From Ophelia neglecta (taxonomy: Eukaryota): 64,000 bases of DNA. The notes under the pieces were generated by a model, which had not been told where the DNA came from, searched no databases, and worked only from the letters and a program-made list of their open reading frames with translations. Location of the stretch: positions 62,062,001-62,126,000 of the forward strand of contig OZ260666.1 in assembly GCA_965285935.1 (NCBI GenBank), given 5' to 3'. Of the stretch, positions 40,201 to 52,645 are shown one piece after another (position 1 is the stretch's first letter; every line of letters starts with the position of its first letter). Position numbers and translations under genes: made by a program.

Positions 40201-40974
40201 TAATCGCTAGCATGAGAGCCACCATAAATAGTTCAAATAGTAGCTTGTAATGAACCTTAATTTTACAACTAGATATGTACTAGATATGTACTAGATATAT
40301 ATGAATTTGAACTAATGAGTATATATGCTTCACAAAAACACATTGATCTAACAAAACGTTTCTAATGTATAAATCAAGTTTTACACAAGGTATCACAGTG
40401 ATTAAAACATATTTAAAGTGACAGTAGGTACATATACGTTAACAGGAAAATATGCAGCACTTCCTGTCAGCAGGTCCTTCATATACTTATGTATGGGAGT
40501 TAACCACTCACCCCCACCCCCAATAGAGGGGAGAACCTCTGACAGAGGGGCTTAATTATGATATTGGTATATGAGGATATGACATTTTTTTTGTTGGTTT
40601 CCAGAACCTGGCATTACATGTATGGGCAAGGTGTATGGGGTACATTTTCAACTAACCTTGGTAAATATGGATGGGTATGTGTATTCCATTTTTACATGAA
40701 TGGAAAGATAGAATGTAACCTGAATTAGCTGGGCCTATTCACTCTCTATATAAATGAGCCAATATTTAATTTTATAGGGTCGGGTACACATTTGATGTAC
40801 TTTTTACATGGGTGGGTCGAGTTTTCAGAACCTCAAAGTCACCTCTATGTCTAAATGTTTTGAATCCAACACCCCACCACCACCATAACTCAGAACAATC
40901 CAATCTAGGCTTGAAGGGACACCCCCAGCAGGCGTTCAAAACATAGGCAACTAGAAGTATGTATGTAACTTCTG

Positions 40975-41057
40975 TGCCCCCCCCCCCCCTTTTTAATTTC
41001 TGCACATGGAGTGTCCCCCCCCTCCCCCCCCCCTGGAAATTCCTGGATCTGCCCCTG
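40975..41057 (-). mobile_element. Single terminus of a probable non-autonomous DNA transposon
   Basis: The minus strand reads CAGGGGCAGATCCAGGAATTTCCAGGGGGGG with poly-G runs, a common invertebrate MITE end. No partner end found. Confidence 0.35.
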
Positions 41058-41800
41058 GATGCACACTCTTCCCATAAATAGTGAAGGCTCAATTAACGAG
41101 GTGTCATTTAATTGAGCCTGGTTTTGGCAACAATTTGATAAAGCCTCTTGTTGGAGACTTAACTGCAACAAGTCTGTGACTCAAGCCTATCAGAGGCCCG
41201 CCTAATTTCTTGACCCTGATCACTCCCCACCGCATCCATTACTAATGCCAATTAACAATAGTCTACCCTTTAATATAAATATTCAACATGACAAAGTCAA
41301 TTCAAACCATAATTTATGTGCTTGGTTTGCATTGGTACCCCCCCCCCCCACACGTACACACACCCACAATCGATTGTTTGCCCTACGTTTTCACCCCGGG
41401 GGTTTTCACTTTTCTACTGGGAGCTGCAGATACGTCTAGTTTTTTTAATTTTCATATTTTAATTTTTGTGCAAGTAAATTTTCAAATTATATTCTTTGTT
41501 ATTCCTAAAAAGGAGCTTGTAGATCAAACTGACATCTGTCTGTAAGCAGGTAAGCACTGCCAGTGAAGTAGGCCCTAATGCATTGTGCCGTTTTAAAATA
41601 GAAAGGTGGGGTTTTTATTTAAAAGCCGAGGCGCGGAGCCTGGCTGAGGTACATTCCCGAGATTATAACAAAACCCAAGAAATTTATAACCTTGTCACTA
41701 ACCCTTTCACTTTCCCTGGAATTACCACCAGGACTAGCACGAGTCTTGATGACGATTTTTTGCTTCATGCCATTGAGAAATACCCATGAACTCCTCATAC

Positions 41801-41900
41801 CTTCCGCACCTCCGCGTGTTAATCGTTGGTGAGGGAAGTGTGCTCACAGTTTAGCTCATTCTGACAAAACGAACAAAACCGCCAAAACTGATTCAACACG
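41801..41900 (-). other. Candidate first (non-coding) exon of the KIAA1549-like gene; 5' limit approximate
   Basis: Good minus-strand donor GGAAG|gtatga at 41801/41800, in a relatively CpG-rich region next to the FAM199X first exon. Confidence 0.4.
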
Positions 41901-42421
41901 TGCACCTTCACGTGACTTCGTTTAAAGCGTGGCCTCTGCTCTACGTAGCCTTGACCTTTAAATTCAGCCTGATGCCGCCGGTGATCTAAAAGAAAGCTTT
42001 TCTATTCAAAAACTTGAATGTTATGCTAAATTGTTATCTTAAATGATGTGTGAAGGTGTCCACCTTTAGGTCTTAGCTTAGCATCTAGGATAAAGCACTT
42101 TCCGTTAATGTTTCGTGCTTTTCCAGGGCCTATCATAATGTATATGAAATGTAGCGGAAACACGTTCTAGGGTCAGAGGTCATTCGAAGTAATTTTGACC
42201 AATTAGATGATAGAATGCGAAAATCTCCGGAGTGCTTGTGACGTTTCCCGGCACCTTTTTGTTCCACGTTGGAATTCTAGCTCTTAAGTTACAAAGTTTT
42301 TCATAGTTTGGTCTCATTGTTAACGCATGGTTATTGTAAAAAATTGACAGACATCCACCCGGGTCCTCACTGATTCGAAATATTACATTTCACATAACTA
42401 AGGGGGCGTAAATTCGACAGA
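41850..42421. promoter_or_regulatory. Probable bidirectional promoter between the KIAA1549-like gene (-) and FAM199X (+)
   Basis: Divergent first-exon donors lie ~650 bp apart (41800 on -, 42451 on +). Local CpG is raised. Motifs: two CACGTG E-boxes (41897, 41909), CCAAT (42199), TGACGT (42239) and TTTCCCGG (42244). Confidence 0.5.
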
Positions 42422-42450
42422 ATGATCGCCGAAACAGCTGTACTATCAAG
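42422..42450 (+). CDS. FAM199X: FAM199X coding exon 1 (MIAETAVLS-R)
   Basis: ATG at 42422, donor AAG|gtatgg. Its phase 2 end matches the exon 2 acceptor. Confidence 0.65.
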
Positions 42451-44208
42451 GTATGGTATGGCTTCATTTTAGCGTGTATCCCACCTTCCACATGACGTGT
42501 TGAGTCGGGAAGAAATGTCAATCCTAGTGCAATTTAACATTACTGTTTAGAATCAAATGCATGTAATATTTACAATGACAATTTTACGAGAAATTATTAG
42601 ACTGCATATGCGTGTATATATCAACTTCCTATTTCGAGTTTGGTTTATTGCAATGTTGCTGGCTATTTTCTGTCGGAAGTACTAGGCCTATATCAACGTG
42701 TTGAACCTTTAATTAAGTTCCATCTGGATCTTCACCGCAAGTCATCTGGTCAGTAGTTCTTTGGCGGGTCCCCCTGATACCATGCACTAATTTCTGTCGG
42801 ATTGCTCTTAAACAATAATGATTAGTCGCTTAACCATCATGTGACTGTGTTCAAATACAGCTTAACTCTTTACATTCAGAAAATACAGTTTAAAAGTTGA
42901 TGTGGCTTCAAAACCACATGGAAAAGATAGGACATGGGAATTCAAAAACTGTCCAGCCATTGCAGGTGGCCGTTCATCGGAGGGGCCCTGCATTGCAGAG
43001 ACAACTGTAGTCGCAGACTGTAGTAACGATAGAGAATTTTACACAAACCTAGGACAAATCAATATCTGGAATGACCAAAAAATTTTATAATGCTTTATTT
43101 ATTAACAGTTTTCCTATAATGTTTTCATAAAGTTTAATTTGCACTTTTTCTGGCCTGTAGCATATTTCCGTAAGTTGCTAGCTTTACGTGTGCTACATAA
43201 GATGGACTTAGATAGCTTATAAAAAGTGATTATGTTACCTCTGCGTTCTTCACGCATAACAGTGAGCAAAAGACTTATTAAAATGAGGGTCATGCGTCCG
43301 GTCGGACTCACTGCCCTGTGTTGTTTTATTAAATTGCCAGTGGTAGTTTGCCGTCATATTATTACTTGCGTCTTTCAATCTATGATGGGCTCTGTACTCT
43401 GACCCATTCACTCTCCATACAAATGCGTTGGCTGGTTCCCTGGTCACTCGTTGAGAGTGATGTAACAGAGAGAAGTGCTGTGAGTTTTACCAGGGAACCA
43501 GCGAATCCACATCCGGTGATATTCCGCTAACAGGATTAATGGTGTAGTGATAGGCGGCTCAAGTATCTCCTTAAAGTTCCGAGATGCTCCGGAGATTGGT
43601 GAACGATATTTTTCGTATGAAAAATTCCATACAAGATTTGATTTAATGTATGAAGTACATGTACTATTTAGAGCTGTCAGAGATGTATATACTCAGAGAT
43701 TGGAATCGAGGCATTCGGCCGCAAAGAAATAACTGCGTTATTCATATGCTAATGAACTGCGAATCAGGTTGCACATGGCAGAAATGTCCGGACGAGCCAA
43801 TATGTAAACAAACTACGGGTAAGCCCCAGCAATGCGGAATAGCTGCAGAAAACTTATTTATTGTATATTTTCTGCCCTGACAACGATTGAAAATGGAAAA
43901 CTTCTCTTCTATAATACACCAGGAAGAACTTTTGACAGAAGTCTTGTTGATTATTGCCGAAAAGCCACAATATAAAGAGGTTTCATCATTACAAATGTCC
44001 ACTGTCAGCAACCTGGCAAGCACGTGGTGGTAATGTCAGACCAATACGTTAAGGGTGAAAATGGGACACTATGAGGAGCACTTTGGTCTAATTGTGAAGT
44101 ATTGAACAATACTTGATGTTCAAAGTAGTCATGAAACACATATTCATTAAACAAAATTGATGTTTGACAAAACATTAAGCGGGAAAAGTATAAGGCGCAA
44201 TACACATA

Positions 44209-45498
44209 CAGTGGAATCCGTCCTTGCGGGCATCTCACAAATATGGGCATTTCCAAATTGCAGGCAAAAAATCCTAGTCCCGTCAATTTTAACTTGTGAA
44301 TTATAGGGGCGGGCATCTCGGAAATGCAGGCATCCCCGAATTACGGGCACTGCTTTTGGTCCATAGGGCCAATTTTATCTCCATAATACGGTCATTGCCC
44401 AGTGTGTGGACGCCCATGTGCGTTTGTTTATCGCACCGGCAGACCTGGCATTGCCACGCAGTACACAACATTATCCTGTCATCTGGCTATTACAGAACAT
44501 ACAATAAAACCCATCCTTTTGTTCATGTTCACACCTTGCCGGCATATTAATTAGCGATTAAAGGCCAAGATCTGTTTGTTTATATTACCAAATACCCAGC
44601 GTTCCCAAGTTTGGTTCTTGATTGCGATATTCCGAGTCCCTTTGCTGAGGTAACCTAAGCAAAATGCAATCAAATTAACCGAGTTGAACATGGGAGGAGT
44701 CACACCTCTACAGGTTTTCGTTGCTTTGTTGTTTTCTTTGATCAGACATAGATAAGTTGGAGTGTCACTCTGGATGGCTTTGATTTCAAGCACAAACAGA
44801 CCAGACGTTTAGATATTGCTGTATAGTTCACATCATTCGCTGATAGATTCAACTTGCTCCTGTTAATGCATTACTCAGCATTCACTCAGTCGCGGAGACC
44901 GCCAGATGGCATCAGAGTTTACTCGCACAGAACTTCCACTAGGGAAGAAAGTGGACAGGGGTCTACACTAACTTTCTCAGCACTTGCCCCGAGGGCAAGT
45001 AGCACCAGGAAACTACTTGCCCGCACCATAGGCTTACTGTCCCAAAAAATATTTGTACATCAAAAATATACAAGATATCCAACAATCGGCGAGTTGGGGA
45101 ATTTTAGCAGGTTGCCCGGCGGAAAGTAAGTATCTAAAACCTTTGTGCCCGCAAGCAGATTTGAGGTGCCCCGGGACGTCGGGCAATAGTTAGTGTAGAC
45201 CCCTGGTGGAGCTGATAAATAGAACCAATAAGATGAAAATCAGTCCGAGAAAGTTGGGAGAACAAGAGTTTGGCGTAGGAAAGACGCAGGCTGCCAACAT
45301 CCTCAAACGAAAACCAAACATTCTCGATGCCTAAAGAATAAAATGTGTTGCGTTTATTTACTTAGTCCCATGCACTCCCCCCTTCATCCCTAACCCGCCC
45401 ATCTCTATTTTATTGGCCATCCCGGAATCAAGGGCATCCCCAAATTAAGGCCAAAAATGTACAGTCCGCTGGGTGCCCTTAATTGAGGGATTCCCCTG
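44209..45498. mobile_element. Non-autonomous Tc1/mariner-pogo-like element nested in the outer element
   Basis: TA|CAGTGGAATCCGTC...GAGGGATTCCCCTG|TA: imperfect TIRs, TA target duplication, and subterminal GGGCATC(C/T)C repeats at both ends. Confidence 0.75.
44956..45205. mobile_element. 250-bp MITE with hAT-like CAGGG termini, nested in the pogo-like element
   Basis: Perfect 18-bp TIR CAGGGGTCTACACTAACT / AGTTAGTGTAGACCCCTG, 5-bp direct repeat GTGGA on both sides, and internal TGCCCG repeats. Confidence 0.85.
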
Positions 45499-46875
45499 TA
45501 TAATGTTCCAATATGGCCGCTTAGGGCCAGGATCTCTGAGACTATCACTGATTGTATTGGTGCAAAAATAACGTCTCTGACGCATGCCACTGAAGCAATA
45601 ATCCTACGTTCCGATTTTCTGTACTAAAATATTTAAAATAATGTTACAGTTGCCTTCTCAGGTGGTGTAAAACGCTGACTACACCAATTTATTTCTGTTT
45701 GTGTTTGATGACCACTGTTCGCTCAGCTTCCTCGATATGAACACAATGGCGGCTCTCAGAAATTCGCGCACATTTCCCGCGTACAGCGTGATCTCGTGTG
45801 CGGGTAATCTATTACCATTTGCGCAATGTATAAGAAGGGCCCAATTCCAATCTCTGAGTATATACATCTCTGAAGCTGATTATCAATTGCAGCACATTCT
45901 GCTGGATATCAATATGTATCATGATACACATAACTTAGGCGTCGCATCTAGGTACAGGCAATTTATTATAGAATAAACTGAATAATACTCTGATTTGTGG
46001 TAGGGTAGGCCACCTTTAAAACTTTTCTGAACTGGCAGAATAAAACAATTGAAATTTTAGAACCCAACTCGTGCTTAGGCCTAGAGAAAAATATGCCAGT
46101 TTCCGGTTACATGCTGAAAAAAAACAAGGGTAGGTAGGTCGAAAAATAATTTTATTTTGCCAAAATTTTTTATAGATTTGTAAGGTTAGATTTATCATCG
46201 CAGAAAGGTTCCTAGTATTCAGCTTATTGCTGCGGGTGCTGTGAGAGATTGATGGATATGTGTGAACATTGACACTGACATTCACACTAGCGCAACTGAC
46301 AGCAAAGAGTTTCTTTGGTATATATATTAAATTCTAGGTTCCATCAGGGAACCAGAAAAAAAAGTTATGCCTTACAACATATTTCTTGTGTTATTTCCCA
46401 GAATTGGACGGCTTGACTGAGTTGTCAACAATATTTTCATATTGTATCTAATTTCAGGTATATCTTGACACAACCTGCATATTATCTCCCCTCTAGACAC
46501 ATACTGCCATTTTAAGTTGTGTGCGATGATGGCATACTTGTAATAAAGATTTTCAATCCTATGTTTCCCTTCAAATGGAATTAAATTTCTCCTATTTCTA
46601 ATTGTTGCAGTCCATGGCAAACAGACTTTTCATTGAAGGATGATGGGTTGTTTGATTCAGTGTTTGACAGGTTTGTCTTTTCTCTCATCATATGCCATTC
46701 ACCATGTTAAGACATCTATTTGTGGCAGAAAAGAAATGAAAAATCCAAGTAAGGAACAAATGTGTGAATTAAATGAGAATAAACTGATGTTGTTTGAAAG
46801 CAAACTTGAGGGAAAAAAATGGCAGCTTAAATGTACATGCTCATGTTTTGTATTCTGCTTTCTGTTCTCTTACAG

Positions 46876-47075
46876 GAGTAAGTTCCTGGCTAGTGATGAC
46901 TTTGGGAGGATCACAACTGAAATGAGTTCAGTGTCCAGTGGCAACAGCGTAGCAAGCTCTGTTTGTAGTGAAGAGACCCCGATTGATACCGAATTAGATG
47001 ACCATCTGTTTGCAAGCAACAATGGATATCTTAACAGCTCTATCTTGGGGGTGTTTGGTGAAGGAAGTGTGGCGG
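46876..47075 (+). CDS. FAM199X: FAM199X coding exon 2 (SKFLASDDF...GNSVASSVCSEE...FGEGSVA)
   Basis: Acceptor ttctcttacag|, donor G|gtaggc, 200 bp, phase 2-1. The motifs KFL, SVASS..SEE and F.EGSV match vertebrate FAM199X as I recall it. Confidence 0.85.
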
Positions 47076-47354
47076 GTAGGCATGTAATACATATTTTCCT
47101 TTGTGCTGATCCCATCAATGAATGGCATATAAATTCTTTTCATTTTATATTCTCTTAAGATATATGTTATTGAATATAATTCAGTTTTGCAAGATCAATC
47201 TTCATACAGTTCTGTTATTAATGCCAACTTACACAGGGATTTAATACTTATTTATATGGAACTTGAATTTCATAGTCTCAAGTTAATGCCAAGTTCACTT
47301 ATCGTATTTGTAATTACAAACACTTTCTGTTATTAAAATATAATTTTAATGCAA

Positions 47355-47524
47355 TCGGTGTCAGTATAATGTGACTGGGTGGGGATCCCTGTCTGGTGTC
47401 TACGGCAGGTACTCCAGTGAGGCAGCACTATAAAGAGGTCATTGATCCCACTGTCACAAGTAGGCACCATAGCTATATGACCATATAAGTGTTGAAAGCC
47501 ACATAAAACCACAAACAACCAACC
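47355..47524 (+). mobile_element. 5'-truncated SINE, resembling the MESC/Meta-type SINE core and tail
   Basis: GTCAGTATAATGTGACTGGGTGGGG...CAGTGAGGCAGCACTATAAA...GTTGAAAG...TAAAAC followed by a (C)AAC-type tail. Family recognised from memory, not from a search. Confidence 0.6.
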
Positions 47525-47543
47525 AGCGTTGATTTTTTTTCAG

Positions 47544-47724
47544 TTGAAGCCATGCCTTCCATTAGTTTGTGGGATAACGATGTGCTGGACAATGATCTCA
47601 AGCTGTTAGACATCTTGACAGACGAGGACTATGATGTAACCCCCAGCATACCTAGTCACCCGCCAGTCAGCCATAAACGATCCTTATCAGAATCAATTAC
47701 TGAACATAAACCAGCCACACCATG
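47544..47724 (+). CDS. FAM199X: FAM199X coding exon 3 (VEAMPSISLWD...DVTPSIPSHP...PATPW)
   Basis: Acceptor ttttttttcag|, donor TG|gtgagt, 181 bp, phase 1-2, open frame, DVxPSIPSxP motif. Confidence 0.9.
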
Positions 47725-48247
47725 GTGAGTGAATCTCTTATTATTAAGACAAATTTATTTGATATTTTAAAAATCTCATATGTGGCCATCCAGTTGACCC
47801 ATTATATAAGAATTGTGTCAACTTTACTGATAGCTTCTGCTCTGTAGTAAGCGACAATACTTAAATAAGCGCCAACAATCCCTTTTTCTGGCAAAATCCT
47901 ACCATTTTGACTCTTGCTAGGTTTCGGGAGGTTTAGGCATAAAAATGAAAGTGGAGAATTCTTTAATTTTTCCAGGGTCACTTAAATATTCAAGTGCCCT
48001 TGGGACTTGTAACAGAGAATACAGTATGTAAAAATGGCCGATGGTAGTCTTCCCAATATACCTGCTCAATGCATCATAGCTTTCTTCATATGGCAGTTTT
48101 AAGCGAATCAAATAAATAAAAGAAACAAAGTAGATATAATAAGAATTTATTAAAAGTGGGCTTCAAGTCGCGAAGTAATTTCATTTTGCATTTAGGAAAT
48201 GTTGGCTTAAAATGGATTTAAAAGATTAAAAACTTTTCCTGTTTCAG

Positions 48248-48399
48248 GTCCAAAGTTTGCAGTAGGGAACAGATATCAATAGTTGAGGACTTAACCCAAA
48301 TTATCAGTACACAGATGGGTCTACGAGAGCAGTTAGAAGTAATCCGCATCATCAACCCCACAGCCCACGTCTCGCCTACTGACTCTGAGTTTGTAATAG
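48248..48399 (+). CDS. FAM199X: FAM199X coding exon 4 (WSKVCSREQ...STQMGLREQLEVIRIINPTAHVSPTDSEFVI)
   Basis: Acceptor ttcctgtttcag|, donor AG|gtaagt, 152 bp. Very close to the FAM199X core as I recall it ([31 protein letters not shown]). Confidence 0.95.
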
Positions 48400-48466
48400 G
48401 TAAGTGCTTCCAAAGGACGGCATTAGAAAAGGCATGAAGAATGGCCTCTTACTGGTCCAGTATTGA

Positions 48467-51400
48467 GCATGTTTCAGTTAATCATTTTATAAATGACCTA
48501 TTTATTTCACCTGTTAGAAAATTGTTGCTAACATCCATAAATTACATTGTAATGATTGATTGCAGCAATATATGAAGGGATTACTTAAACAATATTAAAC
48601 CTGCACAGAACCTGATGACTTTTTTTGGGGGGGGGGGGGAGGGGTACTGAAAGGAATTGCAAAATTAATGATTATCAGAAGTGAGATATTTATTAGTTGT
48701 CAGTTTTCTTTTTGCACTTTTTCTAGCCTGTAATATATATCTGTAAATTACAAGCTCCACGAGTGCTATATAATAATTGGACTTTGATAGCTTAAATAGC
48801 TCAATAATAGCTTTTTGAGTGAAAAATTCCAGACAAAGTTTTAGGAACAAATTAAATGCCAGATGTTGACTTATTCCCTGTATCCCAAACACTATGCCAC
48901 TTTGCTCCAAATGTACTAATTTGATTTGTCAAGACAAGTAAAGTATAGAGGGAGGGATATGTTAAATATATAATATTAATGTTTTATTATTTTCACAGAG
49001 CTTTTCCTGCATGTGCATGTTTCAGTTAATCATTTTATAAATGACATATTTATTTCACCTGTTAGAAAATTGTTGCTAACATCCATAAATTACATTGTAA
49101 TGATTGATTGCAGCAATATATGAAGGGATTACTTAACAATATTAAACCTGCACAGAACCTGATGACTTTTTTTGGGGGGGGGGGAGGGTACTGAAAGGAA
49201 TTGCAAAATTAATGATTATCAGAAGTGAGATATTTATTAGTTGTCAGTTTTCTTTTTGCACTTTTTCTAGCCTGTAATATATATCTGTAAATTACAAGCT
49301 CCACGAGTGCTATATAATAATTGGACTTTGATAGCTTAAATAGCTCAATAATAGCTTTTTGAGTGAAAAATTCCAAACAAAGTTTTAGGAACAAATTAAA
49401 TGCCAGATGTTGACTTATTCCCTGTATCCCCAACACTATGCCACTTTGCTCCAAATGTACTAATTTGATTTGTCAAGACAAGTAAAGTATAGAGGGAGGG
49501 GTATGTTAAATATATAATATTAATGTTTTATTATTTTCACAGAGCTTTTCCTGCATGTGGATGTTTCAGTTAATCATTTTATAAATGACCTATTTATTTC
49601 ACCTGTTAGAAAATTGTTGCTAATATCCATAAATTACATTGTAATGATTGATTGCAGCTATATATGAAGGGATTACTTAAACAATATTAAACCTGCACAG
49701 AACCTGATGACTTTTTTGGGGGGGGGGGGGGAGAGGGGAGGGGTACTGAAAGGAATTGCAAAATTAATGATTATCAGAAGTGAGATATTTATTAGTTGTC
49801 AGTTTTCTTTTTGCACTTTTTCTAGCCTGTAATATATATCTGTAAATTACAAGCTCCACGAGTGCTATATAATAATTGGACTTTGATAGCTTAATAGCTC
49901 AATAATAGCTTTTTGAGTGAAAAATTCCAGACAAAGTTTTAGGAACAAATTAAATGCCAGATGTTGACTTATTCCCTGTATCCCAAACACTATGCCACTT
50001 TGCTCCAAATGTACTAATTTGATTTGTCAAGACAAGTAAAGTATAGAGGGAGGGATATGTTAAATATATAATATTAATGTTTTATTATTTTCACAGAGCT
50101 TTTCCTGCATGTGCATGTTTCAGTTAATCATTTTATAAATGACATATTTATTTCACCTGTTAGAAAATTGTTGCTAACATCCATAAATTACATTGTAATG
50201 ATTGATTGCAGCAATATATGAAGGGATTACTTAACAATATTAAACCTGCACAGAACCTGATGACTTTTTTTTGGGGGGGGGGGGGGAGGGGTACTGAAAG
50301 GAATTGCAAAATTAATGATTATCAGAAGTGAGATATTTATTAGTTGTCAGTTTTCTTTTTGCACTTTTTCTAGCCTGTAATATATATCTGTAAATTACAA
50401 GCTCCACGAGTGCTATATAATAATTGGACTTTGATAGCTTAAATAGCTCAATAATAGCTTTTTGAGTGAAAAATTCCAAACAAAGTTTTAGGAACAAATT
50501 AAATGCCAGATGTTGACTTATTCCCTGTATCCCCAACACTATGCCACTTTGCTCCAAATGTACTAATTTGATTTGTCAAGACAAGTAAAGTATAGAGGAG
50601 GGGTATGTTAAATATATAATATTAATGTTTTATTATTTTCACAGAGCTTTTCCTGCATGTGGATGTTTCAGTTAATCATTTTATAAATGACCTATTTATT
50701 TCACCTGTTAGAAAATTGTTGCTAATATCCATAAATTACATTGTAATGATTGATTGCAGCTATATATGAAGGGATTACTTAAACAATATTAAACCTGCAC
50801 AGAACCTGATGACTTTTTTTGGGGGGGGGGGGAGAGGGGAGGGGTACTGAAAGGAATTGCAAAATTAATGATTATCAGAAGTGAGATATTTATTAGTTGT
50901 CAGTTTTCTTTTTGCACTTTTTCTAGCCTGTAATATATATCTGTAAATTACAAGCTCCACGAGTGCTATATAATAATTGGACTTTGATAGCTTAAATAGC
51001 TCAATAATAGCTTTTTGAGTGAAAAATTCCAGACAAAGTTTTAGGAACAAATTAAATGCCAGATGTTGACTTATTCCCTGTATCCCAAACACTATGCCAC
51101 TTTGCTCCAAATGTACTAATTTGATTTGTCAAGACAAGTAAAGTATAGAGGGAGGGATATGTTAAATATATAATATTAATGTTTTATTATTTTCACAGAG
51201 CTTTTCCTGCATGTGCATGTTTCAGTTAATCATTTTATAAATGACATATTTATTTCACCTATTAGAAAATTGTTGCTAACATCCATAAATTACATTGTAA
51301 TGATTGATTGCAGCAATATATGAAGGGATTACTTAAACAATATTAAACCTGCACAGAACCTGATGACTTTTTTTTTGGGGGGGGGGGGAGAGGGGAGGGG

Positions 51401-51762
51401 TACTGAAAGGAATTGCAAAATTAATGATTATCAGAAGTGAGATATTTATTAGTTGTCAGTTTTCTTTTTGCACTTTTTCTAGCCTGTAATATATATTGTA
51501 AATTACAAGCTCCACGAGTGCTATATAATAATTGGACTTTGATAGCTTAAATAGGTCAATAATAACTTTTTGAGTGAAAAATTCCAAACAAAGTTTTAGG
51601 AACAAATTAAATGCCAGATGTTGACTTATTCCCTGTATCCCAAACACTATGCCACTTCGCTCCAAATGTACTAATTTGATTTGTCAAGACAAGTAAAGTA
51701 TAGAGGGAGGGGTATGTTAAATATATAATATTAATGTTTTATTATTTTCACAGAGCTTTTCC
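48467..51762. repeat. Tandem array, 6 x ~545-555 bp, in FAM199X intron 4
   Basis: Unit starts (CATGTTTCAGTTAATC or GATGTTTCAGTTAATC) near 48467, 49015, 49559, 50113, 50661 and 51215. Copies are nearly identical apart from T/G homopolymer lengths and a few diagnostic substitutions. Confidence 0.97.
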
Positions 51763-52645
51763 ATTGATGCCAAAAACAGTTATTTCTTCTCACACTAATA
51801 AACCGTCCAATCATTGTGTCAAGATCTTTGTCAGGAACGGGATCATTTGGGTTGACATCAAATCAAAATGGAATAGCCTATTAACTATGACTGTGGTTTT
51901 TGCATGATTTATAAAAAAATGACTGAATATAAAGAAAATATTACTGAATAAAATTGTTTGTCTAAAATATTCAGGGATGCTCATATATATTTAGGTGTGT
52001 TAATTTTCCTTATCCATTAATTCATTTACTTTCATATAATATTTTTTGTTTTGGTTTAACTAAGACCCTAAAAAGATGGTATGAACTAATACCAGAAGAT
52101 GAAAATGGAATGAAAAGAAAATATACTAGTAACATATAATTAGTAATATGCACTTTTTCTAGCCTGTAGCATACTTTTATGAGTTGCAGGCTCTACGAGT
52201 GCTATATAAAATGGAATTTGATAGCTTAGACAGCTTATGCATAGCTCTTTAAGTGAAAATTTCCAAACAATGTTTTTGAAAAAAAAAGTTACTTAAAACA
52301 GCATAATAGGCCTGAATGTACATTTGAGTGTGTGTGTGTTGGGGTGGGGGGGGGGGGGGGCAATAAATTTACCTTTGGTGGTAGAAGGATGGTTCATATA
52401 AATAAGATATTGCCCAGAGGGTGTGGAGGATAGAAAAGTTAAAGATTAAACAAAACATGTGAGAAATTACACCCCCACATATTTTGAAATGGAGTTGCCT
52501 TTTGACTGTGATATGGATTTTCCACCATTTTTTTTTTAAAAATTAATGAACTAAATTGTTACTTGCAAATAATGCCAGTACCTGTGATTTCTGCAGGAAG
52601 AATATTTAAATTTTCATCTTAAAAATAATAAATTTTGCATTGCAG

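Larger units (their letters stand above)
43677..45873. mobile_element. Non-autonomous DNA transposon (outer element), ~30-bp TIRs, superfamily unresolved
   Basis: TCAGAGATGTATATACTCAGAGATTGGAAT at 43677 and its exact reverse complement ending at 45873, flanked on both sides by AGCTG (43672-76, 45874-78). Confidence 0.8.

Noticed and set aside
41540-41560. Strong plus-strand donor CAG|GTAAGC as an alternative FAM199X first exon
   Set aside because: It is an isolated motif with no supporting start or exon boundary and cannot be distinguished from chance without RNA data.
46640-47158. 172-aa ORF as a stand-alone gene
   Set aside because: Only 46876-47075 is coding (FAM199X exon 2); the flanks are intron read-through.
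48665-51665. Repeated 81-aa/69-aa minus-strand ORFs as a tandem gene family
   Set aside because: They have TTG starts, lie in an AT-rich intronic array, are broken by single-base indels in copies 3 and 6, and show no protein features.
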